64,000 bases of DNA from an uncultured delta proteobacterium (GTDB lineage Bacteria > Desulfobacterota > RBG-13-43-22), in assembly GCA_963802945.1 (NCBI GenBank), contig CAWDKY010000016.1:128001-192000 (forward strand). The letters are read 5' to 3'. Positions 10,029-19,126 of the stretch are shown here, one piece after another; position 1 is the stretch's first letter; every line of letters starts with the position of its first letter. Both the position numbers and the translations under genes were made by a program. The notes under the pieces were generated by a model. It was not told the origin of the DNA. It worked only from the letters and a program-made list of their open reading frames with translations, and did no database searches.

Positions 10029-11192
10029 CTATATAAGTTCCATAGATAGTAATGAAAGTAAAAAGATCACGGGAATAAGAACCATAGGAAACAGATTAAG
10101 TTTTGTTCTTTCTTTTGTAAAGATTAAAAGGTTAAAAACGAATAACCCTAATGTGGCCCGAGCATAAGACCAGGGTTCCACCCATATTAATTTATTAAAC
10201 AACGCTGTCATCAGACTATATCCCAGAAAAGACAGGGTGAGGGGGCTGTAATAGATAAGGACCTGGTAGAAGGCGGTAAAAATAAAATAAGAGACTAATA
10301 GTAAATACAAGAGTTCGTCAATTTTATCAAAAGAGAATCCGCCATGGCCCAGAGAAACAAATCTTTCTATTAATCCCAGAAACGGAAGACCGAAATTTTG
10401 GGTCCCTCCGAGAAAGGAAAAGATTTGAAAATGATGATAAAGGTAAAGTTGCCATAAGAAATAGGCCAGCGGTGGGAGAAGCATATAGATGGATCTGCGA
10501 AGATCTTTTCCCAAATAATATATTAGAAAAGCCATACTGACCAATAAAGTCGTTTCATGGGTGAGAGCAGCCAAGGAAAGGGAAAGGGTCTGCCAGAGGA
10601 TTTTCCTTTTAAAATAGGAAAAAACGGTAATGACAATAAAAGTTATAGCCAAAGGTTCCGGTAAGCTGCGCAACAAGCAAAGCAGGAACCCCCAGAAGGC
10701 GGAATAGAACAGACTGTACCAGGGACTGAGCCCAAAATACTTGAGTATTAAAATGATAAACCAAGTCCCTATTAAAATCCCAAGGAGATTCACCGCCACC
10801 ATCATGTAGGGAATCAAATTCGGTTGTCCAAGGGAAAGAAGCCAGACTGTCAGGGGGTAGATGATACGTTGATAGCGATAAGCCGGGAAATCGATATGGT
10901 CGTAGGATTGGCCCAGGACGAAGGGGTCATGGGCGATATAAAAGTAGAATTGTCCGTCATAACCGACAATGCCTTTATGAATGAGGGTTTTGGGTGTCCA
11001 GATATGCGGCGCCTTAAAATAGTCGCCGATGACCATAAAGCCGGTGATATTTTTATCAAGCTTTAAGGAAAAAAGAAAAAGGACCGACAAGAATGTGGTT
11101 AAGATTAAAAAAAGGGCAATAAATTCCTTTTTCCTAAGGCTTCTTTCTATGATATTTTTAAAAAGTTTTAATAACGGTTTAATGAGGTTCAA
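10029..11192 (-). CDS. Polytopic membrane protein, probable GT-C glycosyltransferase (resembles AZOBR_p60025-type surface glycopolymer proteins)
   Basis: GYDGQFYFYIAHDP and YRYQRIIYP motifs, PEPLA, HET, about 10 TMs. Confidence 0.65.
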   Translation of the reverse strand: MNLIKPLLKLFKNIIERSLRKKEFIALFLILTTFLSVLFLFSLKLDKNITGFMVIGDYFKAPHIWTPKTLIHKGIVGYDGQFYFYIAHDPFVLGQSYDHIDFPAYRYQRIIYPLTVWLLSLGQPNLIPYMMVAVNLLGILIGTWFIILILKYFGLSPWYSLFYSAFWGFLLCLLRSLPEPLAITFIVITVFSYFKRKILWQTLSLSLAALTHETTLLVSMAFLIYYLGKDLRRSIYMLLPPLAYFLWQLYLYHHFQIFSFLGGTQNFGLPFLGLIERFVSLGHGGFSFDKIDELLYLLLVSYFIFTAFYQVLIYYSPLTLSFLGYSLMTALFNKLIWVEPWSYARATLGLFVFNLLIFTKERTKLNLFPMVLIPVIFLLSLLSMELI

Positions 11193-11449
11193 CGTCCTGA
11201 CTTTCTTTTAAGCTTTAAACCCACTTCCCCTCCCATTCAATCTCTTTAACCCCCTTCATAGGTTGCCACAAATTGGTTGACTGGGAAGGGGCTCAAACTT
11301 AATTTCTTCCACTCTAAAATCATAACCTACACCAAGGAGGTAAAAAACGGTCAAGACTATACCGCGGAAGGAGAAAATCAGGTCTATAGGAAAGAATTTC
11401 AGCATTAATCCAACTGTTCTAAATGATGTCGAAACAACCGGGAGAAAAA

Positions 11450-12151
11450 TTACTTTCTGCCGGTGATAACCAAATCCAGATACATCTGGATACTCATCCT
11501 CAAGACTTTCGCGTTGAAAGAGCTTTGTGAGAATTCGTAGGAGATTGGAACTTCTCCGATCGACAGGCCGTTCCTGGCGATCAGGGCCAGGGATTCGGTA
11601 TGAAAGTCAAATGCCCTGGCCTTCATCTTTCGCGTTAGGAGAAGTTCCACGGCTTGGCGCGAAAACCTCCTGTAACCCGATGTGGCATCGCGTAACCGCG
11701 ATCCCGAGAGTCGGCTTCCCGTGGGGCGTATTGCCAGATTCATCAAGAGGGTAGCCGAATGGCTGATGAGACGTCTGTACAAAGGGACGTTTTCCGTTTC
11801 CGTCCTGACTCCGATGACCAGATCGCACTCAGGAAATTCCAGAAAACGGGGAAGCTCTTCGGGTTTATGGGTAAGGCCGGCGTCCATGGTTACCACATAG
11901 GCGGCTCCGCGGTTAAGGGCGTATTTCATGCCGTCCAGCGTCGCCTGGGGGATGTGGGTGTTTTTTTCGTGAGTGATGCAGGCGACCTGATCGAAGGATC
12001 GGACGATGGATTCGGTGTTGTCGACGCTGGCGTCATTGACAACGCAGATGTCGGCAAATGGCAGGGTTCTTCGGATCACTTCGCCGATGGTCTTTTCTTC
12101 GTTATAGGCCGGAATGACGACCAGAAAATCTTCACGTTTGAGCATAGGCAT
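11450..12151 (-). CDS. GT2 polyprenol-phosphate-sugar synthase (DPM1-like)
   Basis: VIPAYNEE, VNDASVD, TMDAG..H, DATSGYR, EVPI. Visibly GC-richer than its neighbours. Confidence 0.88.
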   Translation of the reverse strand: MPMLKREDFLVVIPAYNEEKTIGEVIRRTLPFADICVVNDASVDNTESIVRSFDQVACITHEKNTHIPQATLDGMKYALNRGAAYVVTMDAGLTHKPEELPRFLEFPECDLVIGVRTETENVPLYRRLISHSATLLMNLAIRPTGSRLSGSRLRDATSGYRRFSRQAVELLLTRKMKARAFDFHTESLALIARNGLSIGEVPISYEFSQSSFNAKVLRMSIQMYLDLVITGRK

Positions 12152-12380
12152 GTTAGGTTTTATATCTTAGCCTTTTCGCAATGTCAAGCCGGGCCGCCCA
12201 TAAGAACCCAGGACGGCCCTTTGGATGATTAAGACAAAATAAGAGAGAAGGGATAAGGCTGCCTGGGGTTCAAGATCCTGTATGGATCGATTTTGATAAT
12301 CATTGAATCCCACTCGTTTATTATTTTGATCTTCTTTCAAGAGGGTTGCCTTAAAAATCATTAAAGGTTATGATCTATTA

Positions 12381-12423
12381 AGACCCAAGGGCGAGGGGAC
12401 TTGAAGGGTCCCCTCAGGGGTCT
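12381..12423. other. Hairpin in the divergent intergenic region
   Basis: gaggggac/gtcccctc stem with outer agaccc/gggtct pairing. Confidence 0.4.
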
Positions 12424-12458
12424 GTTTAAATAAAAATAGTTCTCAAAAATTATTGCTT

Positions 12459-13490
12459 ATGAAGAGATTTATTTTGCTGGGTCTTTCCTTTCTCATCACC
12501 GGGGGACTGGTTTATTATCTTTTGACCCGAAGTAATTGGACGGATTGGCAACGTATCTTGTTCCACCTCAAGCCAGGTTATCTGGTCTGGTATCTTTTTC
12601 TGTATGCCATCGGCCTTTGGTTAAGGACTTTTCGTTATCATTTTTTATTAAAATCAGTTAAGACCCCGGTTTTGCCTTCTTTCTGGCACTTGACTTTGGT
12701 TACCAGTGTTCGCAATATGCTGGTTGACTTTTTCCCGGCCAGGGCAGGCAGCCTATCCTATATCGTTCTCTTGAACAGGGCCTTTAAGGTCGATCTTTCC
12801 CCTTGCCTGAGTTCTTTTACCTATGCCTTTCTTTTCGATCAATTGGCCATGGCCCCGTTATTAGCTAGTGCCATCTTGATCGACAGCCTGAATTCCGGTA
12901 AAAATTTATTTTGGTTATGGGGCATAACCATAGCGATTCTGGTAATAAGCTTAACATTGATTTTGACTTTGGGACCCCTGGTAACCATATTTTCCAAATG
13001 GTCCGACAGGAATAATCATCGATGGCAGAAATATCCCCGGCTAAGGAAATTAGACCATCAGCTCCAAAACTTAACCCAGTCTTTTCCAATTTTGAGACAG
13101 GCCAAAATTTTTTGGCCTATCCTGGGCCTTTCTGTTATGGTTCGAGGTGTAAAGTACAGCTACCTCTATATCCTTTTGTCTGCAGTCCTTCAGGCCTTAT
13201 ATGGACATTGGATCCAGCTTCCTTTTTGGCTGGTTCTCTTGGGGCTGGTTGCCTCTGAAGCCTCTGCCGGATTACCTATAAGCGGGATAGCCGGATTTGG
13301 TTTTTATGAGGGCATTTTGGGTGCCGTCTTGTCTACCCAGGGTATCCATCCTTCCCAGGCCGTGCTGGTTTCTTTCGCTATGCATTTTTTAACTCAGGTC
13401 GTGGATTATTCCTGGGGAGGAGGGGCTTTGATTTATATTTTGATTCGTTGGGCCGGTCGGAAGGAAACGGGCCGGGTGCTGTCCTATTAG
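12459..13490 (+). CDS. Lysylphosphatidylglycerol-synthase TM domain (UPF0104) protein, flippase candidate
   Basis: LRTFRY, FFPARAG, LPISGIAGFGFYE motifs, about 8 TMs. Confidence 0.82.
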   Translation: MKRFILLGLSFLITGGLVYYLLTRSNWTDWQRILFHLKPGYLVWYLFLYAIGLWLRTFRYHFLLKSVKTPVLPSFWHLTLVTSVRNMLVDFFPARAGSLSYIVLLNRAFKVDLSPCLSSFTYAFLFDQLAMAPLLASAILIDSLNSGKNLFWLWGITIAILVISLTLILTLGPLVTIFSKWSDRNNHRWQKYPRLRKLDHQLQNLTQSFPILRQAKIFWPILGLSVMVRGVKYSYLYILLSAVLQALYGHWIQLPFWLVLLGLVASEASAGLPISGIAGFGFYEGILGAVLSTQGIHPSQAVLVSFAMHFLTQVVDYSWGGGALIYILIRWAGRKETGRVLSY

Positions 13491-14524
13491 TTTTGTAGAA
13501 AAATATCCGGCCAGCGGTCGTTGGCAGGGTTGTAGGTAAGGCGAACGGCTTGGGAAAAGGGGGTTCCGACTTTCCATAAAAAAATTTCATAGTCGGCAAT
13601 GTCATGCTCATGGCCTCCGGCCGAGGCTCCCCAGACCAGCCACTTACCATCACGGGAAAGCCGGGGAAAATACTGATGGTTATATCGGCCGGGTAGATCC
13701 ATAAAGAGGGTTGGTTGGACCTGGGTTATTGAAGATTTAAGGACCTGGGTCCCGCCAATTCCACCAGTTTCTATCCAAATCACTTCTTGACCTGAAGGGA
13801 ACCAGGTGATTTCACACCCCTGGCCGAATTTAATAAAACGATTATTGACTCTATCCAGGACAAAGACCCCGGACATTTTCCCGTTTGAGGAAAAAGCCAA
13901 AAGATTTTGATCCTGGGGAGAAAATTCGGACGTGCCGATTTGTGCCGAAACGGGATCTTGGGTGCCGTCTAAGATAATTTCTTCTTTGCCGGTCTCCAAA
14001 TCCTTGACCATAATTTTATTTTTTCGAACAAAACTGATTCGATCCTTGCTGATCCATTGCGGCCAGTTAGCATCCCGTACCAATAAGATTTCCTCGTTCC
14101 TGATAAAAGAAAAAAGATAGACGTCCCATGGATCAAGTTCCCTTTCCGAGACCCAGGGCCGTTGACTGCGGCAAAAGAGAATTTTTTCCCCGTCAGGAGA
14201 AAAACGGGGAAAGAAATTCACCTGCTTACTATGCGTCATTTGATACATTTTGAGATCCGGTAGGGTCATTAGAAAAATTTCATGATTGCCTGTCCGGCTG
14301 GATGACCAGACGATTTTGGCCTTAAGTCCTTGAATGCCTTTTTGGATAGTTTTTATTTGCTCCTCAGTAAAATTAGTGTCAAATTTCTTAAGCCAAAGAT
14401 AACCCCCAAAACGATATACATAACGAGGGCTAAACTGAACGGTCAAACCGGCTAAAATAGAGAGACCGAATAGGATTAAAAAGTATTTTTTGGTTTTTCT
14501 GAAAAATAACTGATTCCGTGCCAT
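13487..14524 (-). CDS. TolB-like PD40 beta-propeller protein with N-terminal membrane anchor
   Basis: SSRTGNHEIF, FPRFSPDG, FPRLSRDGKW, RLT.NPANDRWP repeats. Start at Met27 of the ORF avoids overlap. Confidence 0.8.
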   Translation of the reverse strand: MARNQLFFRKTKKYFLILFGLSILAGLTVQFSPRYVYRFGGYLWLKKFDTNFTEEQIKTIQKGIQGLKAKIVWSSSRTGNHEIFLMTLPDLKMYQMTHSKQVNFFPRFSPDGEKILFCRSQRPWVSERELDPWDVYLFSFIRNEEILLVRDANWPQWISKDRISFVRKNKIMVKDLETGKEEIILDGTQDPVSAQIGTSEFSPQDQNLLAFSSNGKMSGVFVLDRVNNRFIKFGQGCEITWFPSGQEVIWIETGGIGGTQVLKSSITQVQPTLFMDLPGRYNHQYFPRLSRDGKWLVWGASAGGHEHDIADYEIFLWKVGTPFSQAVRLTYNPANDRWPDIFLQN

Positions 14525-14546
14525 CTGACCGCTTTCCCAATACCTA

Positions 14547-15719
14547 TCAAACCATATAATGCCGCTTCTTATATTTTTTGATATAGCTGTCGAGGTAGTC
14601 ATAAGCCCGCTTCTCTATCCGGGACAATAAAGGTCGAACCAGATGCCCCATTTTATTTTGCCGTTGAGTTTTCCAAGTCCAACGTTGGATATGTTTCTTC
14701 CTGTCCAAAATCATATAAACTTCAGCGTGATTAATCGTCAATTTAAGTTCATTTCGATCTAAAAAAGATCTCCCTTGGTCGTTTTCGAACCGTCTTACGA
14801 ATTCCTGTTGATCGACTAAGAGCTTCCATTTTTTAAACAAAGTCAATTCATTTTTTAGAAGTCGAGCTACCCGTTGGCGGCCCTTTTGTGAATTCGGATA
14901 AAAGATATAAAAACTCTTTCTGGCATAGAAGAGGTGCTCGTCGAAGTACTGATGAATATTTTTTTCCAACTCTGCAGCCCTGATCAGTCCATGGTGTTCA
15001 AATTGTTTTTGCCACCATTCCGTAGGGGCCCAAATCAGATGACCGTTGGCAGGTATGGCCGGATCTGTGGATTCCGCATTCAGATAATCAAATGGTAATT
15101 TTTGGTTAAATTTTTCCCGATTCTCTTCCAATTCCAAAGGAAAGACCTCCCCAAAAACCTCGTCTTCTCCAACGGCAGGGATATTAAAAAAAAACAGGGC
15201 ATCTTTTTGGGACAGGGCGACTACGGAATCAATATAGTCATGGAGTTTCTTGGGATGGATATGTTCCCACAGATCAAAAGCGCAAAAGGTATCGAAGGTT
15301 ATCTCTTGTTTGTTATATTGGTTACTGACATCGAGAACGTCGCCGTAATCCACCTTACCCCTAAGGGTAGGCCATACCTTTTTAAAGATGTCAGGACTGA
15401 ACTCGATCCCCCGCACCCTCATCTTGTGGTCAAGGTCTAACAGGAACAGGACATCGCCCCGGCCGCAGCCTAATTCTACTAGAGATTTGGGTTTAAGGAA
15501 TTTGAGAATCGAAGAAAGATAAAAGGAATCAAACTTAACCTGTCCTTCCTTATAGTCGATATGGTCGTCAAAATAGGAGGTATTATAATAGCCAGAGCTG
15601 ATAATGTTAGTCCATAAGGTATCAAAATCCTTTTCATCTTCAATTTGAATCAGGTCAACCGGACGGCCGTCGTTGAAGAGCTTGCCGTCGGTTAATAGGT
15701 TGGATTTCAAAATGCGCAT
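14547..15719 (-). CDS. Class I SAM-dependent methyltransferase
   Basis: VELGCGRG motif I, GIEFS, FDLWEHI. Confidence 0.8.
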   Translation of the reverse strand: MRILKSNLLTDGKLFNDGRPVDLIQIEDEKDFDTLWTNIISSGYYNTSYFDDHIDYKEGQVKFDSFYLSSILKFLKPKSLVELGCGRGDVLFLLDLDHKMRVRGIEFSPDIFKKVWPTLRGKVDYGDVLDVSNQYNKQEITFDTFCAFDLWEHIHPKKLHDYIDSVVALSQKDALFFFNIPAVGEDEVFGEVFPLELEENREKFNQKLPFDYLNAESTDPAIPANGHLIWAPTEWWQKQFEHHGLIRAAELEKNIHQYFDEHLFYARKSFYIFYPNSQKGRQRVARLLKNELTLFKKWKLLVDQQEFVRRFENDQGRSFLDRNELKLTINHAEVYMILDRKKHIQRWTWKTQRQNKMGHLVRPLLSRIEKRAYDYLDSYIKKYKKRHYMV

Positions 15720-15752
15720 TTAAATCTTAATGATAACCTCTAATAATGGAGA

Positions 15753-16340
15753 TTAAACCACCAGCTCTGCTGGTACGAACCTAATAGGGTCTGCCGGTCA
15801 ACCATGATAAAATTTCCTTCCCGAGGGCCCCGAAGGGGCAGGTCGGGAAGAAGATTACCGTGAAAAACCTATAAAGTTTAGCACATGTAACATAGGAGTG
15901 CAAATATCACATTGTTTAGGTTTCCAAATACCATTGTAAAGTGTTATACGGGAAAGTTAGGATGCGATTAGGCGAGATAGTTAGGGAATTATGCCGACGG
16001 AAAGGGATTGAGGCGATCGAAGAACATACTTTGATCGATCATCTCCATGAATGTTTAAGCTTTTCGCCCAAATACAGTATCTCCGATGTTACAGGATTTT
16101 TGAAAGGGGAAAGTGCTATTCGGTTGCAGCGGGAGTTTGTAGGGCGGGGGACGACAGGAAAACACTTTTGGGTACGTGGGTATTATGTGAGTACTGTTGG
16201 CTATGATGAAAAGCAGGTACGAGAGTATATTCGCAATCAGAAAAAACTTGACAAGGGGCAGATAGAATTAGAATGAGAGTAAACCGAGCCCCCTTATAGA
16301 GACCCCCAGAAAGCCATCGGATCTGCCGGGGGTCATGACT
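15753..16340 (+). mobile_element. Degenerate IS200/IS605-family (IS200-type) element
   Basis: Subterminal hairpins accagctctgctggt (about 15760-15774) and gccatcggatctgccgggggt (about 16313-16333) flank a Y1 transposase remnant. Confidence 0.82.
15860..16276 (+). pseudogene. tnpA: IS200 TnpA (HUH Y1 transposase) pseudogene
   Basis: From GTG 15860 reads MKNL*SLAHVT*ECKYHIV*VSKY, in frame with ORF 15941-16276 (DHLH, FLKGES, FWVRGYYVSTVG, YIRNQ). Three in-frame stops. Confidence 0.85.
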
Positions 16341-16410
16341 TAAACAAAAAAATTAGCCCCGTTACACGAAACGGCAAATTCAACCAGATAGAGGTATAAA
16401 AAGAATTATA

Positions 16411-19107
16411 TTATCTCGACAGTCTATGATTATTCATCTGCGGGTGCTTGAGCCATTTCCAAAGATTAATCATTCCGGATCGATCGAGCAGTATGCTCTT
16501 GTAAACCGGCCAGGTATGGGGTCTTATTTCACCCGGAAGGACTCCCTGAAAATATTGGATGAATAAATAGAAGGTAAAAGCGACAAAAAAAGTGCTTACA
16601 ATAATAACGGACCTTTTGACTATAGTCCTTTGGAAGCCCCCAAAGAAACAGGCTAAGGGAAGGGCGAACATACCCAAAGCATCTACAAAAGCCCTATGGC
16701 CGAACGACCAGGCAAAGTACCAGAGATACCAACTGGAGATGACATATAAATGGAGCAAGAGGCAAACAATTATGGGCAAGCGATAGGGCTCTAACGGGCC
16801 TTTCATTTTCCAGAAACCAAAAACCGAAAAGAGAAGTATGGGTGTCCAGAGGAAAAGCCCGTGATGCAAGTGGAAAAGGACCTTCAATATCTGAGGGGAA
16901 AAAAAATAGAACCTCTCAAAAGGAAAAGTATAGGTACTAACAAAGAATCGGCCGGTGGCTATTTTCCAAATTACAAATTGAGGAGAGAAGACCCCAAACG
17001 CGACTGTCAGCCAAAGAAAAAGTTTGTATTTTACCTGCCACAAAAAAAAGGCCCTCTTCTTTAGGCTGCCCCAATTGGTTATCCCATAAAGAGGCAGGAA
17101 CGCCAGAAATACAACATTAGTATTTCTCACCAAAAGAATCAGGCCGGACACTATACCCAAAAAAAGGGTGTTCCTTAGAGAGGGGGCTGCATACCAGCGG
17201 GGCACTAGATAAAGGAGTAAGCAGATCAAGAAAAAGGAATAGATGTGGCTGAGAGAAAGTTCAATCGCAGCATAGGCGAGTAAGTTGGTCCCCAAAAACA
17301 GACACAGAAGCGTAGCCATAACCACTTTGGAGGGAAAATATCCGATCAAGATCTTAAAAAGGAGAAGCAAGCCAGCGATCGTATAGAAGATAGGGGCTAT
17401 ATCTACGGCAAACTGGTAGACAATGGAAAAGCCATCGGGTGCTGATCCCACAAGGGGTGCAACCAGATGTCCCAAAAGGAAAAAAGGAAATATCAGGACG
17501 GCTGTACCCATAGGGTATTTGATTAAGTACCGGCCGGTAGCCGGATAACGTATAAAACCTTCCCCACTGTGCAAATCCAAGCCAGTGGAAGTGGAGGGGT
17601 AGTCATATAAGCGTGTTGGAGAATACAAGCTCTCCATGGACAGATCATGGTAAATGAGATAAGAGGGCAGATAGGAGTAATAACCGAGGCCGTCACTCCA
17701 GATGGGGGGAATGGGATTCTCTGTTTGGTAAATTAGGCTAAGGCTTTCGGAAAAAAGGACCAGGGCCAGAAAAAAATATTTCCATAATCGATTAGGGAAA
17801 AGTTTTCCTTGCCGTCGGCGAAAATAAAACAGACCTACCCAGAGCAGAATAAGCCCCAGAAACCATAGAAAACAAAGGTATTCCCCCCAGGAAACCACAT
17901 CCAACCAGGTTTTGATGTTCCCGAGTTCCAAATAGGACAACTCATCTGTACTCAAGGAGCTATAGTCGGCCTGTCCTGTCCCAGCCACTTCTATCCTAAG
18001 CCTTCCCTGTCCTAACTTATTGTTGAGGTCCAATTCCAAGAAATGAGGCCCGGGGGACAACCAATGTTTGGTTTCTTCAACCTTAAGGTGGCCGGTACCC
18101 TTCAAGATAATGATAGGACGGTTATCTATTAAAATTTTTCCGCTATCATCGCAGGATAATTTTAAATGGTAGAGCCCCTTTTGAGGGACTTGCCAGACTG
18201 CGTAGGCTTTAAGAAAGGTGCCCTGTTTGTCCAAGAATAGAGAGGTGTTGATGACCCTGTTTGGAGAATAAGACTCTACCCGCAGTTGGTGCTTGTGTGG
18301 TTGGACGTGAGGAAGGAGTATTAAATGCGAGACAAGCGGCCAGACAGCGAAGTGAAAGAGGAAAAAAAATAAACCCGCCCATAAAAGAAAATAACTGGGA
18401 ATGGGTTTTTCTGGAGACGTCGTTTTCGCAGCATCCTGCTTGGGGGAAAGCATTTTTGCCTGTCGTTGAAAATAAAACCGGACCCAGAGCAGAACAAGCC
18501 CGAGAAATCCTAAAAGGCAAAGGGATTTCCCCCAGAAAACTACACCCAACCAGGTTTCGATGTTTCCAAGTTCCAGATAGGATATTTGTTCCCTTTTTAA
18601 GTTTTCATAACGGTCCTGACCAGGTCCGGCCACTTCTATTTTAAGCCAGCCTTGCCCGAGAGTATTGTTGAGGCGTAATTCCAAGAAATGAGGTCCAGGG
18701 GCCAGCCATCGTTTGTTCACTCCGACATTCTGGGGGCTAGTACCCCTCAAAGCAATGATAGGGTGGTTATCAATTAAAACTTTTCCATTATCATCGCAGT
18801 ATAATTTAAAATGGTAGAATCCTTCCTTGGGGACTTGCCAAACTGCGTAGGCCGTAAGAGAAGTGTCTGGTCTGTCTAAAAACAGAAAAGTATTATCAAG
18901 TCTATGGGGGGCATAAGGCTCTACCCGAAGCTGGTGCTCGTCCGGTCGGGCGTGGGGAAGGAGGATCAGGTGCCAGACCATGGGCCAGATAGCGAGATAG
19001 AAGAGGAACAACATCAGGCCCCCTCCCAAAAGAAAATAGCTGGGAAAGGGCTTTTTTTTGGCCATCCTCTCCGGGACAACCGGTGATTGGGATACGGTTA
19101 TATCCAT
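16411..19107 (-). CDS. GT-C membrane glycosyltransferase with two N-terminal tandem TM-PA14-TM modules
   Basis: Duplicated G.Y.F.L.CDD.G...ID...WL.PG.H.LEL modules, then WSDGLGYYSYL, KYPMGTA, SFGHRAF GT-C region. Confidence 0.8.
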   Translation of the reverse strand: MDITVSQSPVVPERMAKKKPFPSYFLLGGGLMLFLFYLAIWPMVWHLILLPHARPDEHQLRVEPYAPHRLDNTFLFLDRPDTSLTAYAVWQVPKEGFYHFKLYCDDNGKVLIDNHPIIALRGTSPQNVGVNKRWLAPGPHFLELRLNNTLGQGWLKIEVAGPGQDRYENLKREQISYLELGNIETWLGVVFWGKSLCLLGFLGLVLLWVRFYFQRQAKMLSPKQDAAKTTSPEKPIPSYFLLWAGLFFFLFHFAVWPLVSHLILLPHVQPHKHQLRVESYSPNRVINTSLFLDKQGTFLKAYAVWQVPQKGLYHLKLSCDDSGKILIDNRPIIILKGTGHLKVEETKHWLSPGPHFLELDLNNKLGQGRLRIEVAGTGQADYSSLSTDELSYLELGNIKTWLDVVSWGEYLCFLWFLGLILLWVGLFYFRRRQGKLFPNRLWKYFFLALVLFSESLSLIYQTENPIPPIWSDGLGYYSYLPSYLIYHDLSMESLYSPTRLYDYPSTSTGLDLHSGEGFIRYPATGRYLIKYPMGTAVLIFPFFLLGHLVAPLVGSAPDGFSIVYQFAVDIAPIFYTIAGLLLLFKILIGYFPSKVVMATLLCLFLGTNLLAYAAIELSLSHIYSFFLICLLLYLVPRWYAAPSLRNTLFLGIVSGLILLVRNTNVVFLAFLPLYGITNWGSLKKRAFFLWQVKYKLFLWLTVAFGVFSPQFVIWKIATGRFFVSTYTFPFERFYFFSPQILKVLFHLHHGLFLWTPILLFSVFGFWKMKGPLEPYRLPIIVCLLLHLYVISSWYLWYFAWSFGHRAFVDALGMFALPLACFFGGFQRTIVKRSVIIVSTFFVAFTFYLFIQYFQGVLPGEIRPHTWPVYKSILLDRSGMINLWKWLKHPQMNNHRLSR

Positions 19108-19126
19108 TATTTTTTAAACAACAAAC

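Noticed and set aside
15817-15850. Hairpin superficially like SRP RNA
   Set aside because: It lacks the SRP domain IV CAGG/GGAA/AGCA core and lies inside the IS200 5' region
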